From: an uncultured Gemmatimonadaceae bacterium
GTDB taxonomy: Bacteria; Gemmatimonadota; Gemmatimonadetes; Gemmatimonadales; Gemmatimonadaceae
Length of the DNA stretch: 64,000 nucleotides
Direction: 5' to 3'
Assembly: GCA_963790305.1 (NCBI GenBank)
Contig: CAWBOC010000005.1
Span: 32,001-96,000 of the forward strand
Shown here: positions 1 to 9,991 of the stretch, one piece after another
Layout: every line of letters starts with the position of its first letter
Position numbering within the stretch: the first letter of the stretch is position 1
Position numbers and translations under genes: made by a program
The notes under the pieces: model-generated
What the model was told of the DNA's origin: nothing
The model's database searches: none
The model's input: the letters and a program-made list of their open reading frames with translations, nothing else

Positions 1-1103
1 CGGAGCTGGCCCTCGAAGATCGTGTCGATCCCGCGACCGGTGCGCTCGACCAGGCCAATGCGCTTGAACGCGTTCGCCAGGACCGGATTCCGCGGGCGCG
101 GCGCCGTCACCAGCAGATTCTCGAGCCGCACCTCCGCCGGAAAGCCGCCTGGATTCGAGATCTCGATCTCGTTCTCGCTCCATTGCACATGGACCGCGCC
201 TAACGACGTATAGTCGCGGTGAATCAACGCGTTGTGCAGCGCTTCTCGGAAGCCCGCCGGGCTGTACCGCGGCACCCCGACGCTCACCGAGCCGACGGCC
301 AGCTCCTCCTCCTCGTTCCGGGCATCGAACCGCTCGCGAATCACCTCGGCCACGCGAATCAACGGCAGGCGATAGAACTCGTTGACCGCGATGCGCAACC
401 CGGTCATCACCTGGAACGCCACCTCGTGCGTCGGAATGAGCTGACGCACCGACTCCTCGCGCCCCACCATCAGGAGTCCAGCGATCGTTATTCCGTTTCC
501 AACGCGGAGGCCGAGCGCGCGCGCGATCTCCTCGTCAGGCAGGTTGAGGAGGGTTGCGTCGGCGCGCCCCGCATTGCGGGCAATCGTCTGACGCAGCCGC
601 TCGAGCTCCAGCGGATCGAGATCCTCCCAGCGCGCCTGCGGGACGACGAGCGCCGAGTGGTCGATGACGCCGCGGGAGGCCTCGCGGGATTGCATCTCGT
701 GCGGCAGGAAGGGGACGCACTTCCACTTCCCATGCACGTCGGTCGCCCTTCGGCGGTAGACGCCGGCCACGGTCGCCGTCACCGGCTGCTCGGGAGGAAT
801 GCTGACGACGATGACATCGCGTCCGTCGACCGTGACGACGCCGCACTCGACCGAGCAGGCGGGCGCGGTCTGATTCGCGATCAGGAGCTCGAGGCGCCGC
901 GCATCGGTATACGTCCCGTGGCGCGGTCGCGCCCCCGTTATGCGGCCGTCATCCTCGACCCCGATGAGGATGAGCCCTCCGCGCGCGTTGGCGAGGCAGC
1001 TGACGGTCTCGACGAGCGCGCCGTCGTCGAGCGCGCTGCGGAACTCGACGTCGAGCTGCTCGCCCTGGGCGAGGACGTCGCGGAGCTGGTCTGCGGTGAG
1101 CAT
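1..1103 (-). CDS. AlbA_2 (Schlafen-like) + HATPase_c_4 domain protein, putative DNA-binding regulator; truncated at left edge
   Basis: Not in ORF track (runs off edge); hand translation from ATG 1103: MLTADQLRDVLAQGEQLDVEFRS...CLANARGGLILIGVEDDG...REALHNALIHRDY...EISNPGGFP...PRNPVLANAFKRIGLVERTGRGI. Confidence 0.85.
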   Translation of the reverse strand, partial: MLTADQLRDVLAQGEQLDVEFRSALDDGALVETVSCLANARGGLILIGVEDDGRITGARPRHGTYTDARRLELLIANQTAPACSVECGVVTVDGRDVIVVSIPPEQPVTATVAGVYRRRATDVHGKWKCVPFLPHEMQSREASRGVIDHSALVVPQARWEDLDPLELERLRQTIARNAGRADATLLNLPDEEIARALGLRVGNGITIAGLLMVGREESVRQLIPTHEVAFQVMTGLRIAVNEFYRLPLIRVAEVIRERFDARNEEEELAVGSVSVGVPRYSPAGFREALHNALIHRDYTSLGAVHVQWSENEIEISNPGGFPAEVRLENLLVTAPRPRNPVLANAFKRIGLVERTGRGIDTIFEGQL

Positions 1104-1158
1104 GCTGCCGCGAATGCTAGGCGCATTTGCAGCAGCGCGACAGGGGAACTAGCGGTCC

Positions 1159-2361
1159 CTATGGTATCGCCAGCCCGTACCTCGCGTTGATCGCCTGCAC
1201 CGCCGCGTTGGCGAGGATCGTCTGACCCTGCGGGCTCGGATGCACGCCGTCGAGACTGATGTTCGGGCCGAACGGATTGTTCGAGAAGAGCACGTCGTAC
1301 AGGTTGAACGAGCCCTTCGGCAGATCGTACAGCGCAGCGAGCTTGAAGAATGCGTAGCCGTTCTCGTTCGCCTTCGCCTCAATGTACGCGTTCATCTGCG
1401 CCATGCGTGCATTGAGAGCGTTCATGTCGCTGGACGTCAGCACGTAGTCCGCTTCGCCCGGAACATCCTTGCACGTCGCCGTCGTCGGCGTCCGCGAGAT
1501 GAGCTTGAGCACGTAGCCCGGGACGAACACGTAGTTCGAGCTCAGATAGCAGTTCAGGCTCATCGAGACTCCGAACGCGAGCAGGTCGGGCCACTCATTG
1601 AAGAACTCGCGCGCACGGCGGATGCTCGGGAAGTTCGCCGCATTGTTCGGGAGACCGACGAGCACCGCACCCGCCCCGGTCGACTTCACCGCCGCCAGAA
1701 TCTGATCGTAGACGGCCACCCATTCGGCGAAGGGTGTCATCGCCGAGATGCGACCCGTGCTCGCGGGCAGCACTTCGTTGGCTGCGAGCTCGACCGACAC
1801 GAACGTCGGACTCTGCGCCAGCATCGCCGTCACCTGCGTGTGTCCCGGCGGCAACACTCGGCTGTACATCACGCCCGCCTGCGGGTTGTGCGCGGCCTCG
1901 TGCTCGGGAGTCGTGTTCAGCGCATCGCGCGCCTTCGCACCCGAGATCGCTACGCTGTTGGTCGGCAGCGTGGTGCCCTCACGCAATGGCATGCAGATAT
2001 TCATCACCGCGCTCACCAGGTCTTCACCGAAGGCGGCGAACCCGGCGAGGAGCACCATGTTGGCGGCCAGCGGAGCGATGAGCGGAGGAGAGCAACCGGG
2101 GTCCTGGATCAGCGGCATCGAGAATGGCACACCGACTCTCGACGCGAGCTGTGCCGGCCACGCCATGCGTTGGCCGGACGCGCTGATGCCTGCCGACACT
2201 ACGCCCATGCTGTTGCTGGTGCCCATCGCCACGTAGCGCGCGAAGAGCTCCTGGGGCGTCGCCTGAATGCTGAGGCGCGGTGTGATGAACGTTGGGGCGG
2301 TGGGGTCAGCGCACGCGGCGACGGCCAGCGTTAGGCTGACGAGCAAGACACAATGCTTCAT
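1159..2361 (-). CDS. SGNH/GDSL-family lipoprotein hydrolase
   Basis: Lipobox VAAC; GTSNS block I-like motif, NE block III, C-terminal DGVHP. Confidence 0.8.
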   Translation of the reverse strand: MKHCVLLVSLTLAVAACADPTAPTFITPRLSIQATPQELFARYVAMGTSNSMGVVSAGISASGQRMAWPAQLASRVGVPFSMPLIQDPGCSPPLIAPLAANMVLLAGFAAFGEDLVSAVMNICMPLREGTTLPTNSVAISGAKARDALNTTPEHEAAHNPQAGVMYSRVLPPGHTQVTAMLAQSPTFVSVELAANEVLPASTGRISAMTPFAEWVAVYDQILAAVKSTGAGAVLVGLPNNAANFPSIRRAREFFNEWPDLLAFGVSMSLNCYLSSNYVFVPGYVLKLISRTPTTATCKDVPGEADYVLTSSDMNALNARMAQMNAYIEAKANENGYAFFKLAALYDLPKGSFNLYDVLFSNNPFGPNISLDGVHPSPQGQTILANAAVQAINARYGLAIP

Positions 2362-2493
2362 GGGGCGACTCCGGCAGCTGGGTCCTTCACGCCAAAGGAA
2401 AGGCGGCGGCGTCGCCGCGCGGCTTCAAGGGAACATCTATTTACGCCCCTGGCAAGGGCCGCCATTGCCAGCCCGGCTAGCTTTCCCGGACCC

Positions 2494-3366
2494 ATGCGCG
2501 GCCGTCCCCTCGCCTACGCTTTTCTTTTCGTCGCGATCCTCATCTGGGGCTTCGCGTATGTCGTCACGAAAAGCGGGCTCGATGCGGTGCCGCCGATGAT
2601 GTTCGCGCTCCTGCGCTACACGGTCGCGTCCCTTCTGCTCGTTCCACTCGCGCTCGCCCGCGGCGGACTCTCCCGACTTCCGCAGCCAGTGCCGTGGCGG
2701 ACGCTCATTCTCATGGCGATCGTCGGCGTCGCCCTCTACTACGTACTCTTCAATCTCGCGCTCGCCTATACGAGCGCATCACAGACAGCGCTCATCCAGA
2801 GCGCCTTCCCCGCCCTCGTGGCGATCCTGGCAGTGGTCTGGCTGCACGAGCGCGTCACGCGACAGCGCTTCGCGGGTATCGGCCTCGCCATCGTCGGTGT
2901 CGTGCTCATCGTCGCGACGCAGGACAATGCGGCCGCGAGCAATCCCCTCCTTGGCAACGCGTTGGCATTCGCATCGGTGCTCTCGTGGAGCACGTACACC
3001 ATTCTCGCCAAGCGGATTTCAGACGCCGACCCCATCGCCGTCACCGCGGTCATCTCGCTGATCGGCACCGTCATGCTCGTCCCCGCCGTTCTGATCGAGA
3101 ACGCCAATGTCTCGCTCTCCTCGATCCCCCGCGATGGATGGCTGGCCATCCTCTATCTCGGCGGACTGGCGTCCGCCGCCAGCTACCTGCTCTACAGCCG
3201 CGCGCTGCGCGACATCGACGCGAGCCTCGTCGGGGCGTTCATCAATCTCAGCCCCGTCATCGGCGTGGTCAGTGGCGTGCTGGTTCTCGGCGAGGCGATC
3301 ACGCCTACCGCGATCATCGGCGGCGTGTTGGTGCTGGTGGGCGTGTGGCTCTCATCTAAACGATAA
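2494..3366 (+). CDS. DMT/EamA family transporter
   Basis: About 10 hydrophobic segments, IWG and two EamA halves; start taken at ATG 2494 (MRGRPLAYAF). Confidence 0.9.
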   Translation: MRGRPLAYAFLFVAILIWGFAYVVTKSGLDAVPPMMFALLRYTVASLLLVPLALARGGLSRLPQPVPWRTLILMAIVGVALYYVLFNLALAYTSASQTALIQSAFPALVAILAVVWLHERVTRQRFAGIGLAIVGVVLIVATQDNAAASNPLLGNALAFASVLSWSTYTILAKRISDADPIAVTAVISLIGTVMLVPAVLIENANVSLSSIPRDGWLAILYLGGLASAASYLLYSRALRDIDASLVGAFINLSPVIGVVSGVLVLGEAITPTAIIGGVLVLVGVWLSSKR

Positions 3367-3370
3367 ACGG

Positions 3371-6300
3371 TCATTGCTTCGCCGCGCGGATCCACTCCAG
3401 GATGTTGGGGTCGCGAATGTCGCGATCGCGCGCGAGCATCAGGACCTTCGTCAGCACCTCGGCGGTCTTCGGATCGTCGTCGGCAAAAGGAAGGAAGAGC
3501 CGACCACGGTGCTGCGAGTGAACAGCGACGATGGGAATCGCGGTTCCCGGCATCAGCGACACACCCGCACTCCCGAGGTGCACTGAGTAGGTGCCGAGCT
3601 CGCCGCGCACCATGGCGTGATTGGCCTTGAGCTCCACGTTGGCGAGGCCGAGCAGCTCGCACGTTTCCTTCACCAGCGTCGCGCGCATCTCCACCGTCGA
3701 CGCGGTCGCCTCGGGGTCGACACCACCTCGATGCGCGACGCTCACCACCAGGTCGAGATCGCGCATGGCTTCGCTGAACAGAAGGGGCGGGATGTCACGC
3801 AGGGCGAGCTCCTTCCAGCTCCCCTTCGGAGTGAAGACGACGTCTTCCAGCGTCAGCCCCTCGATGTCGGCCGGGGTATAGAACGCCTCCTGGAAGCCGA
3901 GTCGCACGGTCAAGCCGGCTTCGTGAAACGTGCGGCTGACGCCCTCTTCCGGGCGCGCAACCCAACCGCGTCCCCCGAGCAACGCGAGCGCCTGACGAGG
4001 ATTCACCTGATGTCCGGCGTACCGCCGCGACTGCACCGCCTCCCGTTCCGCGTCCGTCATCGGGTACAGCTCGCGGAAGACCTGCTTGAACGGCTGCACC
4101 CGCTCGGCGCGGAAGCACTCGTGCTGCCATGCGGACCAGTCACCGCGCTCGAAGAGATCCATGGGATGCGCGATACGAACTTCCTCGTCGTTACCCAGCG
4201 CGTGCGCCGCACCCGAGTGATCGCGCAACACGCGCCCACCCTCGGCGAGATAGCCGGCGACGCCATCACCCACGAACACGAGTCGGGACAACGCGGGTGC
4301 GAGGATCGGGTGATCCACCAGCTCACGCAGCTCCGGCGAACGGAAGCGGTCGCCGCGACACATCGCCTCCTCGAGCGCATCGCGAACACGCGAGCGCTGA
4401 CGCTTGAGCTCCTGCAGCCGATCCTTGAGCTCGACGACATCCGCATCCTTCTTGAGCGCTGCCGGAAGTGTCTTGAGCGCCTTCCCGTTCTTGGTCGTCG
4501 TCAGGCTCGGCACGCCGTCAGCATCGATAGAGAGAGTCAATGTGACGTCGCCCTTCACCCGCACGACCGAACCGTGCGCCAGATCGGCGACAGTCTCACG
4601 CTCCATCGCCCACTGGAGCCGTTGCGGGTCCCGGTATCCGGCGGTGCGCGCGAGGTTCGCGAGACCGATCGCGACCGCGCGGCCTTCACTCTGCTGCCGC
4701 TGGGAGCCGAACTTTCGCGCTTCGCGCTTGAATTCCTGGAGCCGAACGTAGCGCTGACGAAGGTCTTCGCGCCCCTTCTCTCCCTCGGTCAGCGGCAGGA
4801 GACCTAGCGCGCGCACCGAGTCCTGATGACGCGAGGCATCGATGCGAGAAAGGACATCGTGGCGCGTGACCAGACCCGCCATCGCCCGCGCGAAGAGCTG
4901 CGCCCGGGTGTGACCACCGCTGCTTGCGGCGTACTTCGCCGCGGTATCGAGTGCCTTCCACCGTTCGGCGCCTAACGTCTCGTAGACGGCCCGGAACCAG
5001 GCGACATCCACTGCCCCCTCGGTGAGGTCGGCGGCCGAGAGGTGCGTTCGCTCGCTCACCTCAGCGGCCCAGATCTCTTTCATCTCCGCGAGCTGCCAGG
5101 AGCGGTCGTCCTTGGTGTGCGCCTCGATCCACCACACCGCCTCTTCGAGTCCGGGCCATCCCAGCACGTGGTTCACGTGCGCAGCCCATTGGGGCGCGTA
5201 CACGGCAAGCTCCACCAGCCGCGCCTCACGAATGCGCGCCTTGCGCGCCCACTCGGCGAAGGCGTCGATCGTGTCTTCGGCGCGGGGAACGCTGCGCACC
5301 ACGGAATGGCTCAGCGTCTGCTGCCGCGACGTCGAGTCCGTCCACGATACGGTCCGCGCGAAGTGCGATTTGCCCAGTGCGGGGAGCGCTTGCGAGAGTG
5401 TGTCGAGACCGCCGGTCCACCGGAGCTGCCCGGCCAGCGCCGACGCGGCCGTCTCGCGATCGCCCCGGGTGCATTCGACCTCGACCACTCGACGCCGGCA
5501 GCGATCGACCAAGGCGAGAAGCTCCGGATGGCCAGCGATTGCTCGCGCGGGCTTTCTCGTCGAGGCCGCGAGAAGGAGCGAGGAGCGCGAGTGGCGACTT
5601 CCCCCACCGACCATGAGGTCGATGAACTCCGGCTCGCTCATCGCGCCAGCCCGATGCGCCTCGGCGACATCGTCCAGCGTCAGGCGCAGCGCGTCGAATG
5701 CGTTCGACTTCTTCTCGAAATGGCGAAGCAGGCCGTAGAGTCGCTTGGCATGCGTCGCCTGGACCGACGAGGGGAACAGGTCGCGCCACCAGCGCAGCCG
5801 ACGCAGCCACACGTCGGCGCGCTCGAGCTTTCGCTGGAACGCGGGGCGGTTCTCGCCAAAGAGGGTGAAGGCGGAGATTGCCCCGCGCTTCTGCGTGGCG
5901 ATCTCGCGATAGTCGGCTTCGCTGAGCTCGGCGAGACTGCTCTCCAGGCCGTCGAGCAGGAAGTCGACGCCGCCCTTTGGCGGATCCCAGGCGATACACC
6001 ACGCCAGCAACCCACGCAGGAAGTGCGATCCCGCGCTGTACTGGCCAATGGCAACGACCTTTTTCACTGGCGGAGATTTCCACGGTCCCGTGTCGGCGTC
6101 AGTGAGAAGAGCACGCAGAATCTCCAATCCATCAGGATCACGAAGCGACGCCGGGCGCTTGTCGAGCCACGCTCTCCACACCGTCTCGAGCGCGATCGCC
6201 TCGCGCTTCTCCGATGGCTCGAGCTTGCGAGGGCCAAAGCCCCATGCGCCGCTCTCCACGAGGAGCTTTGTCTCTCCACTTGGCGTGCGGACCTCAGTCG

Positions 6301-8326
6301 CCTGGTGCTCGACCACGAGCTCGGCCAGCAATGCGACGCTCGCCCGCGCTCCCGAGGTGTCGACCTCCACCTTCCTCGAGCGCGGTGCAGGCCAGTCGGG
6401 GAGCGCGTCGGAGTCGACGAGCCCGAGCGCATCGTCGGTCGTCGCGATCTCACGTTCTTCCCCAAGAATGGCCGCGACGTGCGCGCGCTCCTCATCGGTG
6501 AGCGTAGGATGCTCGGCGGCGTACCGTTCGATACGGGAGCGCACGTTGGCGATCGCACGGTCATTCTCCGCGGCGTCACGCAATAGCTCGAGCCCGCCGA
6601 GTCGCCTGGCATCACTCGCGTCGGCGAGAAGTCGGTCGGCCGTCTCGAGCACTGCCTTGTCGGGCAAGGTACGCAGGCGCGCGAGACAGCCATTGCGGAG
6701 GTCACCCGGCTTGCGCCCGAGGAGGTCGATCAGGCGGTCGACCTCGTCCCGCTCGAGCGGAAGCTCCTTCATCGCCTCGAATGCCGTCTTGCGAACCTCC
6801 GCCGACGCATCGCCTAACAGCTCCAGCGTCAGCGAACGCTCGGTCGCCGACAGCTTGCGCTTCTTCTTCCGCTCCGCGGGATCCTTGAAGCCCCATCGCG
6901 GAGCGATATCGGCCACGCGGCGAATGAAGGCGTCACGCTCATGGGGCTTCAGCTCCGGTACGTATGGCAACATCCGCTCAGCGGGCACGGCGGCGACGTT
7001 CGCCGCCATCGCCGACGCAATGACCGGCTTCTCCAGCTTGCGCTTCCACCAGGGCCAGACGAGCGCATCCAGCGTCTGCGACCGCTTGGGCGTGCGCTTG
7101 ATCAGCTCCTCGAGGCGGTCGAAGAGCAGCTTGCCATCGACGAGCAATGTGACGTCAACGCCAAAGAGGTCGAGTGCGCGGGCCGCGATGCGCAGATCGG
7201 GATCGGCGAGCATCGGCACGAGCGGCGGGAACGCCGACGTCCAGAGCGCCTGCACGAGAAAATGCGTCGCGACGAAGCGGATCTCGGCCGACGGCGACGA
7301 GAGGAGTGTGCTCGCCGGCGCGATCGCCGCGTCAATGTCCTCGAACGCGATGCTCCACAGGGCGAGGTACACTGTCTCCGCGTCGGACTCATCGAGCGCG
7401 GCCTTTCGTGCGGCGGAGTTATCGAGGAAGGTGAGCACTCGCTCGAGTACCGAGTCGATCTTCACCGCGCTCGCGCCATCCCACATGAAGCCGAACCAGG
7501 TATCGGCCGCGCGCACCACCGAGGAAAAGCGCGAGAGGTTCTCGTCGCGAATGAGGCGCAGCATGCGGCGGAACGCCTCGGGATGTGACTCGTCGACACT
7601 CTCGAGGATCGCCTGACGAAGGCCTTCCTGTCGCTGCGCAGCGAGCAGGAGTCGCTCGACGAACTCCCACGCCTCGGGGCGACTCGAGCTCATGAGCGCC
7701 TGCGTCACGGGGCGGCCCATCTGTCCGATTTCGTGCTCGCCCTGAGCGGAGGCGATGAGGATGTCGTAGACCTCCTGCCCGGTCTTGCCTCCCATATCAA
7801 TGGCGCCGGCGAGCAGCCAGCCGATGTCGATGGCGCCCCACCAGCTGGCGAGGTGCGCCGACCGTTCGGCGACCCATTTGATGTCGGCGTCGTATTCGCC
7901 GACGAGCGATGTCGCCGAGAGGAGCCATCGCCCGCGGACATCAGCGAGCGTCTTGGGTGACCGCGGGCTACGGAAGGGCTTCCGAGCGACGCCGCTCTGC
8001 CAGGGGCGATGGACGAGGATGCGGCAGGCCAATGTCGCGCTGGGTGCGAGCTGTGGAAGCAGCATTTCAATGACGCGCTTCCAGTCTGCGTCCGAGTAAG
8101 ACTCGAAGAGATCGCCGAGCTCTCCGCGCTTGTCGGCGATGAGCGACGGCGCCGTGTAGGACTGTGCGGAGAAGACCTCCTCGACCAGTGCGCGAAACTG
8201 GCGGGGGATGCCGCGTCCGGAGAGAGCCGAGGCGATTCTATTGAGCCCGCCGAGTCGTTGCAGGACGACTCCCGGCTTGCGTCTCGCCTCGATCTCCGCT
8301 CGTACGCGATCCTGGTCCATCGTCAT
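3371..8326 (-). CDS. DUF5724/DUF4132 domain giant protein (1651 aa)
   Basis: LLAAQRQEGLRQAILES, C-terminal LEEAM...HP...QPFKQVFRELY, FSEAMRDLDLVVSVAH, GRLFLPFADDDPKTAE motifs. Confidence 0.8.
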   Translation of the reverse strand: MTMDQDRVRAEIEARRKPGVVLQRLGGLNRIASALSGRGIPRQFRALVEEVFSAQSYTAPSLIADKRGELGDLFESYSDADWKRVIEMLLPQLAPSATLACRILVHRPWQSGVARKPFRSPRSPKTLADVRGRWLLSATSLVGEYDADIKWVAERSAHLASWWGAIDIGWLLAGAIDMGGKTGQEVYDILIASAQGEHEIGQMGRPVTQALMSSSRPEAWEFVERLLLAAQRQEGLRQAILESVDESHPEAFRRMLRLIRDENLSRFSSVVRAADTWFGFMWDGASAVKIDSVLERVLTFLDNSAARKAALDESDAETVYLALWSIAFEDIDAAIAPASTLLSSPSAEIRFVATHFLVQALWTSAFPPLVPMLADPDLRIAARALDLFGVDVTLLVDGKLLFDRLEELIKRTPKRSQTLDALVWPWWKRKLEKPVIASAMAANVAAVPAERMLPYVPELKPHERDAFIRRVADIAPRWGFKDPAERKKKRKLSATERSLTLELLGDASAEVRKTAFEAMKELPLERDEVDRLIDLLGRKPGDLRNGCLARLRTLPDKAVLETADRLLADASDARRLGGLELLRDAAENDRAIANVRSRIERYAAEHPTLTDEERAHVAAILGEEREIATTDDALGLVDSDALPDWPAPRSRKVEVDTSGARASVALLAELVVEHQATEVRTPSGETKLLVESGAWGFGPRKLEPSEKREAIALETVWRAWLDKRPASLRDPDGLEILRALLTDADTGPWKSPPVKKVVAIGQYSAGSHFLRGLLAWCIAWDPPKGGVDFLLDGLESSLAELSEADYREIATQKRGAISAFTLFGENRPAFQRKLERADVWLRRLRWWRDLFPSSVQATHAKRLYGLLRHFEKKSNAFDALRLTLDDVAEAHRAGAMSEPEFIDLMVGGGSRHSRSSLLLAASTRKPARAIAGHPELLALVDRCRRRVVEVECTRGDRETAASALAGQLRWTGGLDTLSQALPALGKSHFARTVSWTDSTSRQQTLSHSVVRSVPRAEDTIDAFAEWARKARIREARLVELAVYAPQWAAHVNHVLGWPGLEEAVWWIEAHTKDDRSWQLAEMKEIWAAEVSERTHLSAADLTEGAVDVAWFRAVYETLGAERWKALDTAAKYAASSGGHTRAQLFARAMAGLVTRHDVLSRIDASRHQDSVRALGLLPLTEGEKGREDLRQRYVRLQEFKREARKFGSQRQQSEGRAVAIGLANLARTAGYRDPQRLQWAMERETVADLAHGSVVRVKGDVTLTLSIDADGVPSLTTTKNGKALKTLPAALKKDADVVELKDRLQELKRQRSRVRDALEEAMCRGDRFRSPELRELVDHPILAPALSRLVFVGDGVAGYLAEGGRVLRDHSGAAHALGNDEEVRIAHPMDLFERGDWSAWQHECFRAERVQPFKQVFRELYPMTDAEREAVQSRRYAGHQVNPRQALALLGGRGWVARPEEGVSRTFHEAGLTVRLGFQEAFYTPADIEGLTLEDVVFTPKGSWKELALRDIPPLLFSEAMRDLDLVVSVAHRGGVDPEATASTVEMRATLVKETCELLGLANVELKANHAMVRGELGTYSVHLGSAGVSLMPGTAIPIVAVHSQHRGRLFLPFADDDPKTAEVLTKVLMLARDRDIRDPNILEWIRAAKQ

Positions 8327-8751
8327 GCCCCGGCGAGAAAGGTCAGTCGCAGGAAGACCATGCGGCTCTCGGCGTTGACGTACACTTGGCGATCGAGGTC
8401 ACGCTGCTCTTCCCCGTCGAGAATGACGAGATACAGCCCGTCCTCGAAACCCTGGAGCGCGGCGCCGACCGCAGAGTCCTCGTCGACGGTGCCAGAGGGG
8501 GCGCGACCCCCCGAGTCGATCTTGCCCTTGGTTGCACCTTCGGAGATCTCCTGATCGGAGAGGACGCGGATCAGGCGCCGTGCGCGCTCACGCTTCTCGA
8601 ACGCGCTCACCTCGGAGCGGACGACGCGCGTGATCAGCTCTCGGAGGGTGAGGGGGCCGCCGTCGGACGAATCCTGGCCAGGCGGCGTGGGGATGGACCA
8701 GCCATCGAGTGGGCGGACCTTCTTCCCGATGACGCGCGTCTCGACGAACAT
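8323..8751 (-). CDS. Small conserved protein with MoaD/ThiS (ubiquitin-like) C-terminal pattern; partner of the DUF4132 gene
   Basis: ATGA overlap with 8326; ends LVILDGEEQRDLDRQVYVNAESRMVFLRLTFLAGA. Confidence 0.7.
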   Translation of the reverse strand: MFVETRVIGKKVRPLDGWSIPTPPGQDSSDGGPLTLRELITRVVRSEVSAFEKRERARRLIRVLSDQEISEGATKGKIDSGGRAPSGTVDEDSAVGAALQGFEDGLYLVILDGEEQRDLDRQVYVNAESRMVFLRLTFLAGA

Positions 8752-8790
8752 GAGTCGAGAAGATGGAGGAGTGCGCGCGGCGCTCGCTAG

Positions 8791-8893
8791 AGAGAACGGG
8801 CGCTGGGAAAGCGCTGAGGGCGCTGGAAAAGCGCTAAGAACCCCAGCGCTTTTCCAGCGCTCCTAGCGCCATTCCAGCGCCCTCACTTTCTCT
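8791..8893. repeat. Tandem-unit palindrome, family D (GCGCTGGAAA-like units, about 10-nt period)
   Basis: gcgctgggaaagcgctgagggcgctggaaaagcgct-loop-agcgcttttccagcgctcctagcgccattccagcgc; abuts stop at 8894. Confidence 0.85.
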
Positions 8894-9814
8894 TCAGTTC
8901 CCGTTCTTGTTGCTCCCCGGCTTCGTTGTGCCCGCGTGAATCTCCGACTGCGCGACCTGCCCACCACCGGGACCCCAGCCCGTCTTGCCCACGCGGTCGG
9001 GCACTGTGATCAGGACTTCGGCCGCATTGTTGTCGTAGTTGCTCTCGGCGAACATGTGGCAGCTCCCCTTCGAATCCAGGGCGGGACAGGGCTCGCCGCG
9101 CTGCCGTGCGAACGGAGGATTGACCGTCACCCGGATCATGTACCGTCCCGGCCCGATCGGCTCCGTCTTGTCCGTAAGGAGGAAGAACTGGCCGGACAGC
9201 CACTTGAAGTACGTGTCGGAGTAGCCCACCGAGATCCCCTGGAACCCGTCGACCGTCGTCGTGCCGCAGTTGCGATACACCCACGTGCCCGGCGGCTCGT
9301 TCTCCTTGTAGGGATCGACGTCGATCATGCAGAAGCCGCGCTTGCGCGCCTGAATTGCCGGCCCGCTGATCTCGCCGGCGCCGTCGACTGGGAAGATCTC
9401 GTACGTCGCGTAGTTACGGAAATGAAAGTGCTGGTGGCAGTCGGCGAACTCATACAGCCCATCGCTGTCGCTAAAGTCCCCATCGCGATTCGGGTCGGCG
9501 TGATCGAGCGGGCTGCCGATGAAGACGTCGGCCGTGCCAATGTTGGGCGTCGCAACGGTAAAGCGCAGCGTACGGTGCGTTCCTGCCTCGAATCCCCCCT
9601 CGATCGCGGTGCAGCTCGTCGGCGCGAAGGTCTCTTCGTAGATCACCCACGAGTTGGCGAGCTTGTGCTGGTTGACGATCAGGTCCGGCATGCCGTCGAG
9701 ATCTTGCACGCGAGCCAGCGACGGCGCGGACGGCGTGCTCGCGGTACGGTCCGACGGTGAGGTACAGGTGACGACGCTCGCCGAGGCGAGCATGACCATC
9801 AGGGTTTTGCGCAT
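8894..9814 (-). CDS. Lysyl oxidase family protein, secreted
   Basis: LRFT..PNIG, CHQHFH Cu site, KRGFCMID, GISVGYSDTY. Confidence 0.88.
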   Translation of the reverse strand: MRKTLMVMLASASVVTCTSPSDRTASTPSAPSLARVQDLDGMPDLIVNQHKLANSWVIYEETFAPTSCTAIEGGFEAGTHRTLRFTVATPNIGTADVFIGSPLDHADPNRDGDFSDSDGLYEFADCHQHFHFRNYATYEIFPVDGAGEISGPAIQARKRGFCMIDVDPYKENEPPGTWVYRNCGTTTVDGFQGISVGYSDTYFKWLSGQFFLLTDKTEPIGPGRYMIRVTVNPPFARQRGEPCPALDSKGSCHMFAESNYDNNAAEVLITVPDRVGKTGWGPGGGQVAQSEIHAGTTKPGSNKNGN

Positions 9815-9871
9815 GGTGCACCTCTGTCTCTCTCAGGTAAGTCTTCTGACGAGCTTGTACGCGCCGAGCGA

Positions 9872-9960
9872 AGAAGCGGTTTTCAACGCGCAGGACGCGG
9901 AGGACGCGGAGGCATTACCCTCTGCGTCCTCTGCGTCCTCTGCGTTCAAAGGTCCGTTCT
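9872..9960. repeat. Tandem-unit palindrome, family E (GGACGCGGA / TCTGCGTCC 9-mers)
   Basis: aacgcgcaggacgcggaggacgcggagg-cattac-cctctgcgtcctctgcgtcctctgcgtt. Confidence 0.85.
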
Positions 9961-9991
9961 TACTCCGTTCACGATGCTGGTACCGGTGCCT

